From the NCBI GenBank assembly GCA_963737905.1, contig CAVTUQ010000025.1, positions 96,001 through 160,000 on the forward strand: DNA of 64,000 nucleotides, given 5' to 3'. This DNA is from an uncultured delta proteobacterium (GTDB lineage: Bacteria; Desulfobacterota; Binatia; UBA9968). The translations under genes and the position numbers were made by a program. The notes beneath the pieces are model-generated. The model saw nothing but the letters and a program-made list of their open reading frames with translations, ran no database searches and was not told where the DNA came from. Positions 19,636 through 29,812 of the stretch are shown one piece after another. Numbering within the stretch: the first letter of the stretch is position 1; every line of letters begins with the position of its first letter.

Positions 19636-19704
19636 AAATTGAAGCCTTGAGTCGTAATGCATTCTGCTACGCACTTCCAATGGCACGATACACGCGCACG
19701 ATTC

Positions 19705-20889
19705 TTATCTCTTCCGCTGTTCCAATGTTTGCTTTATGAATTTCCGGATCGGCTCCATATCCATCCATTCCGCTCGGTCAACAAAAGGGTAGCGGTTGGG
19801 GTCTCCCTCGGGCCTACGGTTGCCCCTCGGCACTTTGTCTTTCGGTATATCGATTCTCAAAGAATCCGGACCATCGTTGCCCTCGGTGAAAATCCTTTGA
19901 TACGCGATCTGCCCCTCTCGCGAAAGTAACCAGTTGAGGCCGACCTTCGCCGCGTTGAGGTGCGGCGCTTTGTTGATCAGCGCCACCCCGCCCGAACCTG
20001 CAGTGATATACGCTCCCTCTTTTAGATGTTCCGGCGCGAACCAGCTCACCGGCAGACCTTGCATCTGCATCACGTCCAGATCCATGCGCGAAATCGGCCC
20101 AAAAATCGATAGCGCAAACTTTCCGCCGGCCAGCCAATCACCCATTTGGCGGGTATCGTTGCTAATAACGATGTCGGTCTCCGTGAGAATCCGCTTGATA
20201 AATTCCGGGCCGAGACTCTTCTGATGATAGAAAAACCGCATGGCGTCACCCGCGCCGCCCAGGGTCGGATCATAGGCAACGATTTTGCCCTTCCACTTGG
20301 GATTGAGCAGATCCCAGTAGGACTTGATCTCGGCCGGATTCACCAGTTTGGTGTTGTAGCCGACGACGATCCGGGTTTCGCCGTTGATATTGAGCAGGTA
20401 TTGACCCTCCGGATCGACGTAATGAAGCTTTCCCTGCCACCATTTTGAGGTGTCGGTCACCTCAGGCAACACCAGCAGCGGCGGGATCGGATCCAGGGCT
20501 TTGGCCTTGTAAAAAACGTTGTAACCGGTGGTCATGCCGTTAACGTAAAGATCGGCCAGATACTTTTCCCCGCGCCGCTCCGCCATGAAACGCTTCGCCA
20601 CATCGGCGCCGCGGCCGAAAACGCCGACGACTTTAATCTCTGGATATTTCTTGTTGAACTCAGCAAAGAGCTTTTCATAATCGGCGCTTCCATAGAGAAC
20701 CAACTGTCCCTCTTTTTTGGCATCCTGGACTGTTTTCTCCCACTCATCTTTCCACTTGGATGCTTCTCCAGCTGAGGCCGCGCTGGCGACCCAAAGAACC
20801 GCAATGAACGCAGCGAATTTGAGATTTTCGATCATAGATCTCCGATTCAACGAGAGCCGCCTGGAACGTTGAGTCCAAAATCGGTTCAT
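19705..20889 (-). CDS. ABC-type extracellular solute-binding protein (Fe3+/thiamine-like family)
   Basis: AKKEGQLVLY; AERRGEKYLAD; APHLNAAKVGLNWLLSREGQ; ATG 20889 with AGGAG (alternative start 20835). Confidence 0.9.
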   Translation of the reverse strand: MNRFWTQRSRRLSLNRRSMIENLKFAAFIAVLWVASAASAGEASKWKDEWEKTVQDAKKEGQLVLYGSADYEKLFAEFNKKYPEIKVVGVFGRGADVAKRFMAERRGEKYLADLYVNGMTTGYNVFYKAKALDPIPPLLVLPEVTDTSKWWQGKLHYVDPEGQYLLNINGETRIVVGYNTKLVNPAEIKSYWDLLNPKWKGKIVAYDPTLGGAGDAMRFFYHQKSLGPEFIKRILTETDIVISNDTRQMGDWLAGGKFALSIFGPISRMDLDVMQMQGLPVSWFAPEHLKEGAYITAGSGGVALINKAPHLNAAKVGLNWLLSREGQIAYQRIFTEGNDGPDSLRIDIPKDKVPRGNRRPEGDPNRYPFVDRAEWMDMEPIRKFIKQTLEQRKR

Positions 20890-21283
20890 ATATTTCTCCT
20901 TACGTCCCAAATCCAAAGCCAGCAATCGCTTTTCTCATGACTCAAATTGTAAACACCGGCGTGCCCATCTTTTTTGGCCGAGAAAATCTCATCGAATAGC
21001 TTGGTCACCAGTGCCAGATCCTTCGCATTGGGATCACCGGCGTCGTACCTTTCGCCAACGATAGTCTATCCTTCGATGTAGTCAAGGAGGTGACCTCTGC
21101 CACGCACACTTCCAGTGCCGGCTCGAAATGGGTGGGATCCGGGGATTGGACGAGGCGAAATCCCTCCTGGGGCATCCCGGTGGGCATTATTCCGCTCGGT
21201 TGTCCACCAGGCGGCTGATCCACTGATATAAACTCCGGCACAGTCTAGACGCTATCTAAGAACGGCTATACAATTCAATTAAT

Positions 21284-21931
21284 ATGATTATCGACTATGT
21301 CCAGGCTCGTGAACGGATGGTACGGGAACAGCTCGTAACCAGAGGGATCAACAACCCTCGCGTACTTCGGGCGATGACTAAAGTGCCACGTCACTTGCTC
21401 CTTGAAAGCGAACTGTGGGACCAGGCGTATGAAGATCATCCGCTGCCCATTGGGGCGAATCAGACCATTTCGCAACCTTATATGGTGGCGCTCATGGCTG
21501 AGGCGCTTGAACTCAAAGGAGCGGAGAGGGTGCTGGAAGTAGGAACCGGCTCGGGTTATGCGGCGGCGGTCCTGAGTCAGTTATGCGCCGAAGTCTTTAC
21601 TGTTGAGTCCGTGGAAGCGCTTGCCTTGAAAGCCCGCATTCTCTTGAGCAGGTTGGGTTACCGGAACGTGTCGGTTCTCGTCGGCGATGGGACCCTTGGT
21701 TGGGAGGAACATGCTCCTTACGACGCAGTTGTCATTTCTGCTGCTGCACCCTGTATTCCTCGACCGCTTCTTGAACAGTTAAAGACACCCGGCCATCTCG
21801 TATTCCCGATGGGCGAGAAAGAGCTTCAAACTCTGGTACGCATTCGCAAAGACAAGACCGGAATTCGAGAAGAATATCTGGGCGAGTGTCACTTCGTAAA
21901 ACTAACGGGACGATATGGGTGGGAAGATTAA
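21284..21931 (+). CDS. pcm: Protein-L-isoaspartate O-methyltransferase
   Basis: VPRH; QTISQPYMVA; VLEVGTGSGY; GDGTLGW...APYDA. Confidence 0.95.
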   Translation: MIIDYVQARERMVREQLVTRGINNPRVLRAMTKVPRHLLLESELWDQAYEDHPLPIGANQTISQPYMVALMAEALELKGAERVLEVGTGSGYAAAVLSQLCAEVFTVESVEALALKARILLSRLGYRNVSVLVGDGTLGWEEHAPYDAVVISAAAPCIPRPLLEQLKTPGHLVFPMGEKELQTLVRIRKDKTGIREEYLGECHFVKLTGRYGWED

Positions 21932-22144
21932 CATCGTTGCTTATCCCATGAACTTTGTGCGACGCATTTGAACAATAACTCGCTCCTTCAATCAGGATCG
22001 ACCCTGAGCAAACCCGAACGGCTCGAAGCACCCGGACAGGGGTAATACTCCATGACTCGCTGAGTGAATTTACCGAGGAGTCTCGCATTCGCCACGTTCC
22101 CCCGCTCTATCGTGGGCATTATCCCTATTCTCAAAGCAGGCTTT

Positions 22145-22312
22145 TTATGATCCAGGTCGATAGGTGAATGTTGGTATCGCCGGTTTTTTTGGTTGTTCTT
22201 CCTGCGTTTTCTCTGCGGCCGGTTGAGACGTTTGTGCACGCTGGATCGGGCTTGCACACCCAAGCAGTGACACAAGCACCAGAAGTAAACTAATGCGCGG
22301 AGCTACAGTCAT
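22145..22312 (-). CDS. Small lipoprotein (~55 aa)
   Basis: AGGAGG upstream; hydrophobic stretch plus lipobox LLGC; Pro/Gln-rich tail. Confidence 0.65.
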   Translation of the reverse strand: MTVAPRISLLLVLVSLLGCASPIQRAQTSQPAAEKTQEEQPKKPAIPTFTYRPGS

Positions 22313-22466
22313 TGCTCCACCTCCTTGACTCAACCGATCATAATTGTTCCATCGGAAGGTCAGCGGGCTTCGCTTTTTTCAGGAGCGGTCGAGTACAGGC
22401 TCACCCACTCATTCGTTCTCGAGGGGCAACGGAAGGCGTTGGCCCCGGAGCACTCTCGTGGTTTCT

Positions 22467-22919
22467 CTATCCGCCATGTGCCACGGCAGCCAACGTGGCA
22501 AAAAGAAACATCAAGATCCCCACTGTCGAAGTCAACCAGATCATCCATTTCTCGACCCGCAGTCTCTTTTTTACCTGCTCGAGCGTGATTTCCGCATCGC
22601 CCCAGCGCGCGATAGAAAAGTAGCGCGGCTTTTCTTCGCCGATGATTCCGACGGCCATGGGATCGTCTGTGCGACTCCAGATCTCTATACGGTCAAATGA
22701 CCGTGGCGCCTTTTTTGCCTTCTCTATCTCCGTAATCACCGGGCCAGGAAGGGTCTCGGTATTAAACCGTGAGTAGAGATTTCGTATCTGTCTTCTCATC
22801 GGCAAATATCTGCGCCACACTTCCAGTTCCTCCCCAGACAATTCGGGGTAGGGAATCATCGGCTCACTTGTGCCGCCGAGATCCGTGGCCCTATCATCAT
22901 AATAAGTCTCTATAAACAT
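22467..22919 (-). CDS. Hypothetical protein with C-terminal TM anchor
   Basis: AAGGAGG RBS; 150 aa; EIW..DDP..VG...YFSIARWG core; hydrophobic C-terminus. Confidence 0.75.
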   Translation of the reverse strand: MFIETYYDDRATDLGGTSEPMIPYPELSGEELEVWRRYLPMRRQIRNLYSRFNTETLPGPVITEIEKAKKAPRSFDRIEIWSRTDDPMAVGIIGEEKPRYFSIARWGDAEITLEQVKKRLRVEKWMIWLTSTVGILMFLFATLAAVAHGG

Positions 22920-22969
22920 AAAACCTCCTTACTATGCGAAAAGTCCTGTATTTGGTCAATTAGCTCTGA

Positions 22970-23020
22970 AATAGAAAAGCCGGTACACTCTTGCGCCACA
23001 ACCACAAGAGCACCGGCTTT
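22970..23020 (-). terminator. Intrinsic terminator ~50 nt upstream of the 22919 start
   Basis: AAAGCCGGTGCTCTTGTG...CGCAAGAGTGTACCGGCTTTTCTATTT on the minus strand. Confidence 0.7.
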
Positions 23021-23140
23021 ATTATCCTCGTCCGAGGAACATCCTTGGTCCCTCTCAACCCAGCCATCCCCCTATCGGAGATGGGGAAGCTCTGTAACCA
23101 AACTGGAACGTCTATCAGGATGGTATGGGCTTGCCACCCG
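23021..23140 (-). ncRNA. Candidate structured leader RNA or sRNA (family not recognised)
   Basis: Several hairpins seen by eye (GGGTGGCAAGCCC; CCCCATCTCCGATAGGGG; TCCTCGGACGAGGA) between a promoter-like site and a terminator. Confidence 0.35.
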
Positions 23141-23181
23141 TTGACAGTATGGCTTTAGCACCGTGCAAATTGACTGTCAAC
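23140..23181. promoter_or_regulatory. 9-bp inverted repeat GTTGACAGT-N24-ACTGTCAAC with TTGACA on both strands
   Basis: Minus strand reads TTGACA-17nt-TAAAGC with an extended TG. Confidence 0.45.
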
Positions 23182-23262
23182 AATACGAAAGAGATGTATG
23201 CAATGACAAGGCTGGCCCGTCGGAGAAACGCGAGAATTAATAGAGAAATACAGGTGAGACAG

Positions 23263-24687
23263 CTACCGGCTCACGGCCTCGAAAAGGTGAAGCTGGCGGG
23301 TATATCCTTCGTCTTCAAAGTGGACAGGGTAGTTGCCGCTGAAGCAAGCATCGCAAAAACCCCGACTCTGGCCGTTGAAATACGTGTACATCCCCTCTCG
23401 ACTAAGGTAGGAGAGCGTATCGGCCTCGATGAAACGGCGGATCTCTTCGACCGAGCTGGACGACGCAATGAGCTCCGAGCGTGTCGGCGTATCGATGCCG
23501 TAGTAACAGGGGCTGATCGTGGCCGGCGAACTGATGCGCATGTGTACTTCCTTCGCGCCGGCATCGCGAAGCATGCGGATGATCTTCCGGCTGGTGGTGC
23601 CGCGAACGATGGAATCATCCACCACCACGACGCGTTTTCCTTGTAGAACTTCTCGCTGCGCGTTGAGTTTAATCTTGACTCCAAAATGCCGAATCGATTG
23701 CTGCGGCTCGATGAACGTCCGGCCCACGTAGTGATTGCGGATGAGCCCAAACTCCAACGGTATGCCCGACTCCTCGGCATAGCCCATGGCCGCCGGTACT
23801 CCGGAGTCTGGCACAGGCGTTACAAGATCCGCTTCCACGGCACTTTCGCGGGCGAGCTGCCGGCCGAGGGCCTTACGCACTTGATAGACGTTGTGACCGT
23901 AGAGCTTGCTGTCGGGACGAGAAAAATAAATATACTCGAAGATACACTTAGCTTGCGGCGCAGGGGGAAAAGGTTTAAGGGACTCCATCCCATCAGCGCC
24001 AAACGTGATGATCTCTCCGGGCTCTACTTCGCGCACATAGGTCGCTTCAATCAGGTCCAGCGCGCAAGTTTCCGAGGCAACGACGTAGGCGCCTTCGTTG
24101 GGACCCGAATTAAACCGTCCCACCACGAGAGGACGGAAACCCATGGGATCGCGCGCCGCGATCATCCGGTCTAAGGTCAAAAATAACAGCGAATAGGCGC
24201 CCCGCGTCCGGATCAACGCCTCGACGATACGACCCATCAAGGTCGATTCTTTGGAGGTCGCAATCAAGTGTACGATGACTTCAGTATCCGACGTGGATTG
24301 GAAGATGGAACCCGAGTCTTCCAACTCCTTTCGCAATATTTCAGCGTTGACGAGATTGCCGTTGTGAGAGATCGCGATGGGCCCTTGAGAGTATTCGACG
24401 ACAAAGGGCTGGGCATTTTTCAGATGACTTTGGCCGGTGGTGGAATAGCGATTGTGGCCGATAGCCCTCGAGCCCTCCAATCTCTTGATGACATCTTCCT
24501 TAAACACATCGGCGACAAGACCCATCTGCCGATGAGAAATCAGTCCTTTGCCGTCGGAGGAGACAATGCCACACGATTCCTGGCCGCGGTGCTGGAGCGC
24601 ATAAAGCCCTAAATAGACCATGTTGGCCGCTTCGGGGTGGCCATACACTCCCATCACCGCGCATTCTTCGTGAAATTTGTCGAACAC
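23263..24687 (-). CDS. purF: Amidophosphoribosyltransferase
   Basis: Propeptide then EECAV; LQHRGQES; [11 protein letters not shown]; GTG start after AGGAG. Confidence 0.97.
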   Translation of the reverse strand: MFDKFHEECAVMGVYGHPEAANMVYLGLYALQHRGQESCGIVSSDGKGLISHRQMGLVADVFKEDVIKRLEGSRAIGHNRYSTTGQSHLKNAQPFVVEYSQGPIAISHNGNLVNAEILRKELEDSGSIFQSTSDTEVIVHLIATSKESTLMGRIVEALIRTRGAYSLLFLTLDRMIAARDPMGFRPLVVGRFNSGPNEGAYVVASETCALDLIEATYVREVEPGEIITFGADGMESLKPFPPAPQAKCIFEYIYFSRPDSKLYGHNVYQVRKALGRQLARESAVEADLVTPVPDSGVPAAMGYAEESGIPLEFGLIRNHYVGRTFIEPQQSIRHFGVKIKLNAQREVLQGKRVVVVDDSIVRGTTSRKIIRMLRDAGAKEVHMRISSPATISPCYYGIDTPTRSELIASSSSVEEIRRFIEADTLSYLSREGMYTYFNGQSRGFCDACFSGNYPVHFEDEGYTRQLHLFEAVSR

Positions 24688-24698
24688 TTTCGCTGCTC

Positions 24699-26933
24699 CT
24701 ATTTGAGCCGACTCGTTAGCCCTGCTGACCAAATCGCGCGCAGATCGTCCACCGCCACCCGCAGCAGGGGTTGAATCACGAAACTTGCACCTCCCACCGC
24801 CCCGATGACCTGCATCGGCACGTGGTGCTCGGACGTAACTTCCCGCAGCTCCTCCAGATACTTTTCGGCGACTGATACAACGATCCGTGATTGCGATTCG
24901 CTAAAAAGCAAAGCGTCCCCGCGAATCATTTCACGCATCTCAATCCGCACCCCCAACGGCTTTTCAGGCCCGCTGACGCAGCACTCCGCCAACGCGACAG
25001 CGATCCCACCATCCGATATATCATGAGCCGACCGGAGAATGCCCCTGTCGATGGCTGCGATGCAGCAGCTTTGAACGGCTTGCTCTAATCTGAGATCAAT
25101 CCATGGCGGGGTCCCTTTCACCAACCCATGGACAACTTTTAAGTATTCGCTGCCACCCAGCTCTTCTCGCGTGCGCCCGAGTAAAACAACCAAATCGCCG
25201 GCGGCTTTAAACCACGGCGTAATAACCTTCGCCACTTGGGCGACGAGGCCCACCATTCCCACCGTGGGCGTCGGATAAATAGGAACTCCATCAGTTTCAT
25301 TATAGAAACTAACATTGCCGCTCACAACCGGGATCTTGAGTGCAATGCAAGCGTCTCGCATGCCCTCGATGACCTGAGAAAATTGCCACATCACTTCTGG
25401 ATTTTCCGGGCTGCCGAAATTGAGGCAATCGGTGAGGCCCAGGGGTCGACCACCGACGCAAGCAAGATTGCGCGCCGCTTCCGCAACGGCTAAAGCCCCT
25501 CCAACGTAGGGATCGAGATAACAGTAGCGGCTATTGCCATCGACAGTAAGCGCAAGTCCTTTTTCCGTTCCCTTAATGCGGATAACTGCAGCATCGGCGC
25601 CGGGGGCAATCACCGTATTGCTGCGCACGAAATGATCGTATTGGCGGTAAACCCACTCTTTCGAAGCGATGTTCGGTGAACCGAGAAGAAGCTTCACTGT
25701 TGCACCCAAGTCCGTTGGTTCCGCGATGTTTGAGAGGTCGAGTTGCTCGAGTTGGTCCTGAAGCTTCGGGCGCTCAACCGTTCGTTTATAGACCGGCGCC
25801 TCCTTGGTCAAAGCCGTAATTGGAATACAAGCCACTTCGACGCCGTTAAAAATTGCGTGAAACTGCCGATCGTCGGTAACCCTACCGATAACGACTGCAT
25901 CGAGATCCCATTTGTCGAAAATCCGCTTAATTTCGTCTTCTGTGCCTTTCTTTGCCACCAAGAGCATTCGCTCTTGCGACTCAGAAAGCAAAATCTCGTA
26001 GGGCGTCATGTTCTGCTCGCGAAGGGGCACACGGGAAAGATCCAGCTCCACCCCGGTACCGCCGCGCCCTGCCATTTCCGAAGAGGAACTCGTCAGGCCC
26101 GCCGCGCCCATGTCTTGAATGCCGACGATGTAGTCCCTCTCCATCAGTTCCAGACAAGCTTCCAAAAGCAGCTTCTCAGTAAACGGGTCGCCGACCTGAA
26201 CGGTCGGACGCCGTTGTTCCTTTTCTTCTGAGAATGATTCCGATGCCATGGTCGCGCCGTGAATTCCATCGCGTCCGGTTTTGGAACCCACGTAGATGAC
26301 CGGGTTACCAAGGCCCCGCGCTACGCCGGTGAATATTCGCTTCTTTTTGGCGATACCCAGGGTAAAAGCATTCACCAAGATGTTGGCGTTGTAGCATTCA
26401 TCGAAATAAACTTCCCCACCCACGGTGGGGACGCCGATGCAATTTCCGTAGCCACCGATGCCCGCGACCACCCCCGATAATAGATAACGGGTGCGCGGAT
26501 GGTCGATGCTGCCAAACCGGAGCGAGTTCAGAGAAGCGATCGGCCGGGCACCCATGGTAAAGACATCGCGCAGAATCCCTCCGACGCCGGTGGCCGCGCC
26601 TTGATAGGGCTCGATAAAGGAGGGATGGTTGTGGCTTTCTATCTTAAACGCCACGGCCAAACCGTCCCCAATGTCGACCACCCCCGCGTTCTCGCCCGGC
26701 CCCTGCAGAACCTGCGGGCTTTCGGTTGGGAGGCGTTTCAGATAATGCCGTGAGCTCTTGTAGCTGCAGTGCTCCGACCACATGACCGAGAACACCCCAA
26801 GTTCCGTATAGTTTGGCTCCCGCCCGAGGAACTTTATGATCTTGCCGTATTCTTCCGGTGTCAGACCGTGACTGGCGATAATCTCGGGGGTTACGAGGGG
26901 CTGATTGAATTGTGACGTTTTTTCATCACGCAT
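24699..26933 (-). CDS. purL: Phosphoribosylformylglycinamidine synthase subunit PurL
   Basis: WSEHCSYKS; ESHNHPS; SESQERM; HDISDGG. Confidence 0.97.
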   Translation of the reverse strand: MRDEKTSQFNQPLVTPEIIASHGLTPEEYGKIIKFLGREPNYTELGVFSVMWSEHCSYKSSRHYLKRLPTESPQVLQGPGENAGVVDIGDGLAVAFKIESHNHPSFIEPYQGAATGVGGILRDVFTMGARPIASLNSLRFGSIDHPRTRYLLSGVVAGIGGYGNCIGVPTVGGEVYFDECYNANILVNAFTLGIAKKKRIFTGVARGLGNPVIYVGSKTGRDGIHGATMASESFSEEKEQRRPTVQVGDPFTEKLLLEACLELMERDYIVGIQDMGAAGLTSSSSEMAGRGGTGVELDLSRVPLREQNMTPYEILLSESQERMLLVAKKGTEDEIKRIFDKWDLDAVVIGRVTDDRQFHAIFNGVEVACIPITALTKEAPVYKRTVERPKLQDQLEQLDLSNIAEPTDLGATVKLLLGSPNIASKEWVYRQYDHFVRSNTVIAPGADAAVIRIKGTEKGLALTVDGNSRYCYLDPYVGGALAVAEAARNLACVGGRPLGLTDCLNFGSPENPEVMWQFSQVIEGMRDACIALKIPVVSGNVSFYNETDGVPIYPTPTVGMVGLVAQVAKVITPWFKAAGDLVVLLGRTREELGGSEYLKVVHGLVKGTPPWIDLRLEQAVQSCCIAAIDRGILRSAHDISDGGIAVALAECCVSGPEKPLGVRIEMREMIRGDALLFSESQSRIVVSVAEKYLEELREVTSEHHVPMQVIGAVGGASFVIQPLLRVAVDDLRAIWSAGLTSRLK

Positions 26934-27636
26934 GCCGATGTTCCCTTTGAGTACACATGGCTGCAATGGATGAAAAGATCTTGCGACCATCCTCACTGCC
27001 GAGAAGCTTGTTACAGGCATCTTCCGGATGAGGCATCAGGCCGAAAACGTTGCGCGCCTCATTGCACACGCCCGCGATGTTATCCAGGGAGCCATTGGGA
27101 TTAGCCGGCGGCGAAGCTCGCCCTTTTGCATCGACATAACGGAACAGGATCTGGCGGTTCTTGCGCAGCTGCTCCAGGGTTGCCGCGTCTGCGTAATAGC
27201 ACCCCTCTCCGTGCTTGACCGGAATTCTGAGAAGCTGTCCTTTTTTGGCCTCGCAGGTCAACGCTGAGTCCGTTTCTTCGACACGAAGCATCACCTGCTG
27301 GCAAACAAATTGAAGCCCAGTATTTCGCACCAGCGCGCCCGGCAGGAGACCCGATTCGCAGAGAATCTGAAACCCATTGCAGATTCCCAACACGAGGCCG
27401 CCTTGCCGAGCGAATTCGAGGACACCACGCATGATCGGGGAAAAACGCGCCACGGCACCACAACGGAGATAGTCGCCGTAAGAAAATCCGCCGGGCAACA
27501 CCAGGCAATCGAAATGGCCTGCAAGATCGTCCTTGTGCCAGAGCAACTTAACCTTCTGGTCCATGTCCCGCTTTAAAGCATCATAGACGTCCTGGTCATC
27601 GCAGGAACCTGGAAAAACAATTACCCCCCAACGCAC
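26926..27636 (-). CDS. purQ: FGAM synthase glutaminase subunit
   Basis: [10 protein letters not shown]; GICNGFQ; GLMPHPE. Confidence 0.97.
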   Translation of the reverse strand: MRWGVIVFPGSCDDQDVYDALKRDMDQKVKLLWHKDDLAGHFDCLVLPGGFSYGDYLRCGAVARFSPIMRGVLEFARQGGLVLGICNGFQILCESGLLPGALVRNTGLQFVCQQVMLRVEETDSALTCEAKKGQLLRIPVKHGEGCYYADAATLEQLRKNRQILFRYVDAKGRASPPANPNGSLDNIAGVCNEARNVFGLMPHPEDACNKLLGSEDGRKIFSSIAAMCTQREHRHA

Positions 27637-27639
27637 GGT

Positions 27640-27882
27640 CTACTCCTCAATCTCAAACCGATAGTCTTCGATGACCGGATTCGCGAGCAGCTTCTCACAC
27701 ATCTCGCGGATGCGGGATTCGGCAGCTTCACGTGAAGTCGCTTCAACATTGAGTTCGAGATATTTCCCCATCCGGACATTCTGCACTTCAGCATAACCCA
27801 AGGTATGCAGCGACCTCTCAATGGCTTTGCCCTGGGGGTCCAGCACTCCGTATTTCAGAGAAACGAAAATCTTAGCGTGCAT
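27640..27882 (-). CDS. purS: FGAM synthase subunit PurS
   Basis: VLDPQG; LLANPVIE. Confidence 0.96.
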   Translation of the reverse strand: MHAKIFVSLKYGVLDPQGKAIERSLHTLGYAEVQNVRMGKYLELNVEATSREAAESRIREMCEKLLANPVIEDYRFEIEE

Positions 27883-27915
27883 GGTCAGTCGCTTTCGGCC
27901 ACCGACTTTATCACT

Positions 27916-29208
27916 TCAATGGAAAACTCGGCGGAAGATAAAGTCAATATTCTTGAGGTGATGCTTCACGCCCCACACTTTCTCGATTTCTTGCGCCGAC
28001 AGGTGGCGGCGAATTTCCGCATCCCGAAGTAGTTCCTCTTTTAGATCACCACCCTGTCGTCCCACTTTCAAGGCATGGCGCTGCACCCTACGATACGCGG
28101 TGTCCCGCGGGATTCCTTTGTCAACCAAGGCGAGCAGCACTTTTTCGGAAAAAACTGTGCCGCCGCTCCTTTCCAGATTGCGTTTCATGTTTTCAGGATA
28201 AACACAGAGATTGCCCAAAACGTAGGTCATCCGTCGGAGCATGAAGTCAAGCACAATGGTCGCATCCGGCGCAATCACCCGTTCCACGGAAGAGTGACTG
28301 ATATCCCGCTCATGCCATAGGGGAACGTTCTCCAGTGCAGCTACGGCATACCCTCGCATGAGCCGCGCCAATCCAGAAACGTTCTCGGAGAGGATCGGGT
28401 TTCGTTTATGCGGCATCGCCGAAGAGCCCTTCTGCCCCTCCGTGAACGGCTCCTCCGCTTCTTGAACTTCAGTGCGTTGCAAGTGACGAACCTCCACGGC
28501 AAACTTTTCCAGCGAGCTGGCGATCACGGCCAACGTGGCAAAGAAATAGGCGTGACGGTCGCGTTGGATAATTTGATTGGAGATCAGCGCCGGCTTGAGC
28601 CCAGCCTTTCGACAAACATAGGCCTCCACCTTTGGGGAAATCTGTGCGAACGTACCCACCGCGCCGGAAATCTGACCGACGCGGATATCATCCGCGGCTT
28701 GTTCCAGCCGGGCCAGATTGCGTGCGGTCTCTTGATACCAGAGCGCCAATTTCAAGCCGAACGTAATCGGCTCGGCGTGCACGCCGTGGGTGCGGCCGAT
28801 CATCACGGTCCACTTGTACTTGAAGGCCTGGCGACGCAACACCTTCATTAGATCCTTCAGGTCCAGGAGTAAGATCGCCGACGCCTCTTTGAACTGAATG
28901 GCTAAGGCCGTGTCCATGACGTCGGAAGACGTCATCCCGACATGGAGGAAGCGGGCGTCGTCGCCGACGGATTCCGCCACGGAACTCAGGAATGCGATAA
29001 TCTCGTGTTTGACTTCGCTCTCGATCTTGCGGATACGGGCAATGTTGAATCGCGCCTTTCTCTTAATTCGCGCGACGGCCGCCTTGGGGACTTGCCCAAG
29101 CTGCGCCAAACCTTCGGCGGCAAGAATCTCTACATCGAGCCACTTCTGAAACCCGTTCTCCTCGGACCATATGCGGCCCATCTCCGGCCGTGTGTACCGC
29201 GCGATCAT
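27916..29208 (-). CDS. purB: Adenylosuccinate lyase
   Basis: GSSAMPHKRNP; GRTHGVHAEP. Confidence 0.97.
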   Translation of the reverse strand: MIARYTRPEMGRIWSEENGFQKWLDVEILAAEGLAQLGQVPKAAVARIKRKARFNIARIRKIESEVKHEIIAFLSSVAESVGDDARFLHVGMTSSDVMDTALAIQFKEASAILLLDLKDLMKVLRRQAFKYKWTVMIGRTHGVHAEPITFGLKLALWYQETARNLARLEQAADDIRVGQISGAVGTFAQISPKVEAYVCRKAGLKPALISNQIIQRDRHAYFFATLAVIASSLEKFAVEVRHLQRTEVQEAEEPFTEGQKGSSAMPHKRNPILSENVSGLARLMRGYAVAALENVPLWHERDISHSSVERVIAPDATIVLDFMLRRMTYVLGNLCVYPENMKRNLERSGGTVFSEKVLLALVDKGIPRDTAYRRVQRHALKVGRQGGDLKEELLRDAEIRRHLSAQEIEKVWGVKHHLKNIDFIFRRVFH

Positions 29209-29241
29209 GCCGCTAATTAAAACTCTGGATATTTTTAGGGT

Positions 29242-29778
29242 TCAAGACTTGGCAGCGCGTTTTGTTCTTGCCTTGAACTTTTTGAACTTTGAACGTTGAA
29301 CCGTGTTATCTTCGTCCGTATGGCCAAACCCGCCGGCCTGCCGATCCGACGGAGGCAATTCCTCAACCTCCTGCCACCGCGCCCGAATAATTCTCTGAAT
29401 GACCATTTGAGCGATGCGTTGGCCGCGTCGAATTGCGACCGGCGCTTGGCCTAGATTGACCACAATCAGTTGAATCTCACCCCGATAATCGGAATCGATG
29501 GTTCCGGGACTGTTAGCCATCGTCAATCCCTGTTTTAGAGCTAAACCGCTGCGGGGACGGATTTGAGCCTCAAAACCGGTCGGGAGCGCAATGGCAACAC
29601 CCGTCGGGATCAGCGCCCGTTCCATCGGGGCCAACGTCAGTTCGCCCTTGAGATCCGCACACAGGTCCATACCGGCGGATCCCGTTGTCATATAAATCGG
29701 CAGCGGGACTTCCTGGGAGCTTGGGCGCACCCGTTTTATCTGAATTCGGATCTCTTCCACCGGCACCCTGTGCTGCAC
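29242..29778 (-). CDS. dut: dUTP diphosphatase with basic C-terminal extension
   Basis: [27 protein letters not shown] and GGFGHT motifs. Confidence 0.95.
   Translation of the reverse strand: MQHRVPVEEIRIQIKRVRPSSQEVPLPIYMTTGSAGMDLCADLKGELTLAPMERALIPTGVAIALPTGFEAQIRPRSGLALKQGLTMANSPGTIDSDYRGEIQLIVVNLGQAPVAIRRGQRIAQMVIQRIIRARWQEVEELPPSDRQAGGFGHTDEDNTVQRSKFKKFKARTKRAAKS
29272..29302. repeat. TTGAAC micro-repeat (4 units) inside the dut 3' end
   Basis: CTTGAACTTTTTGAACTTTGAACGTTGAACC, with an opposing GTTCAAG at 29240. Confidence 0.7.
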
Positions 29779-29812
29779 GACCCGACGACCGGAGACATTT
29801 AGTCACCCGGCT

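Noticed and set aside
21005-21241. 78-aa minus-strand ORF divergent from pcm
   Set aside because: GTG start, no clear RBS and no recognisable motif; may be a remnant but is unsupported.
21935-22140. Possible 6S or SRP RNA in the pcm downstream gap
   Set aside because: No long closing stem or SRP GGAA-loop motif could be identified by eye.
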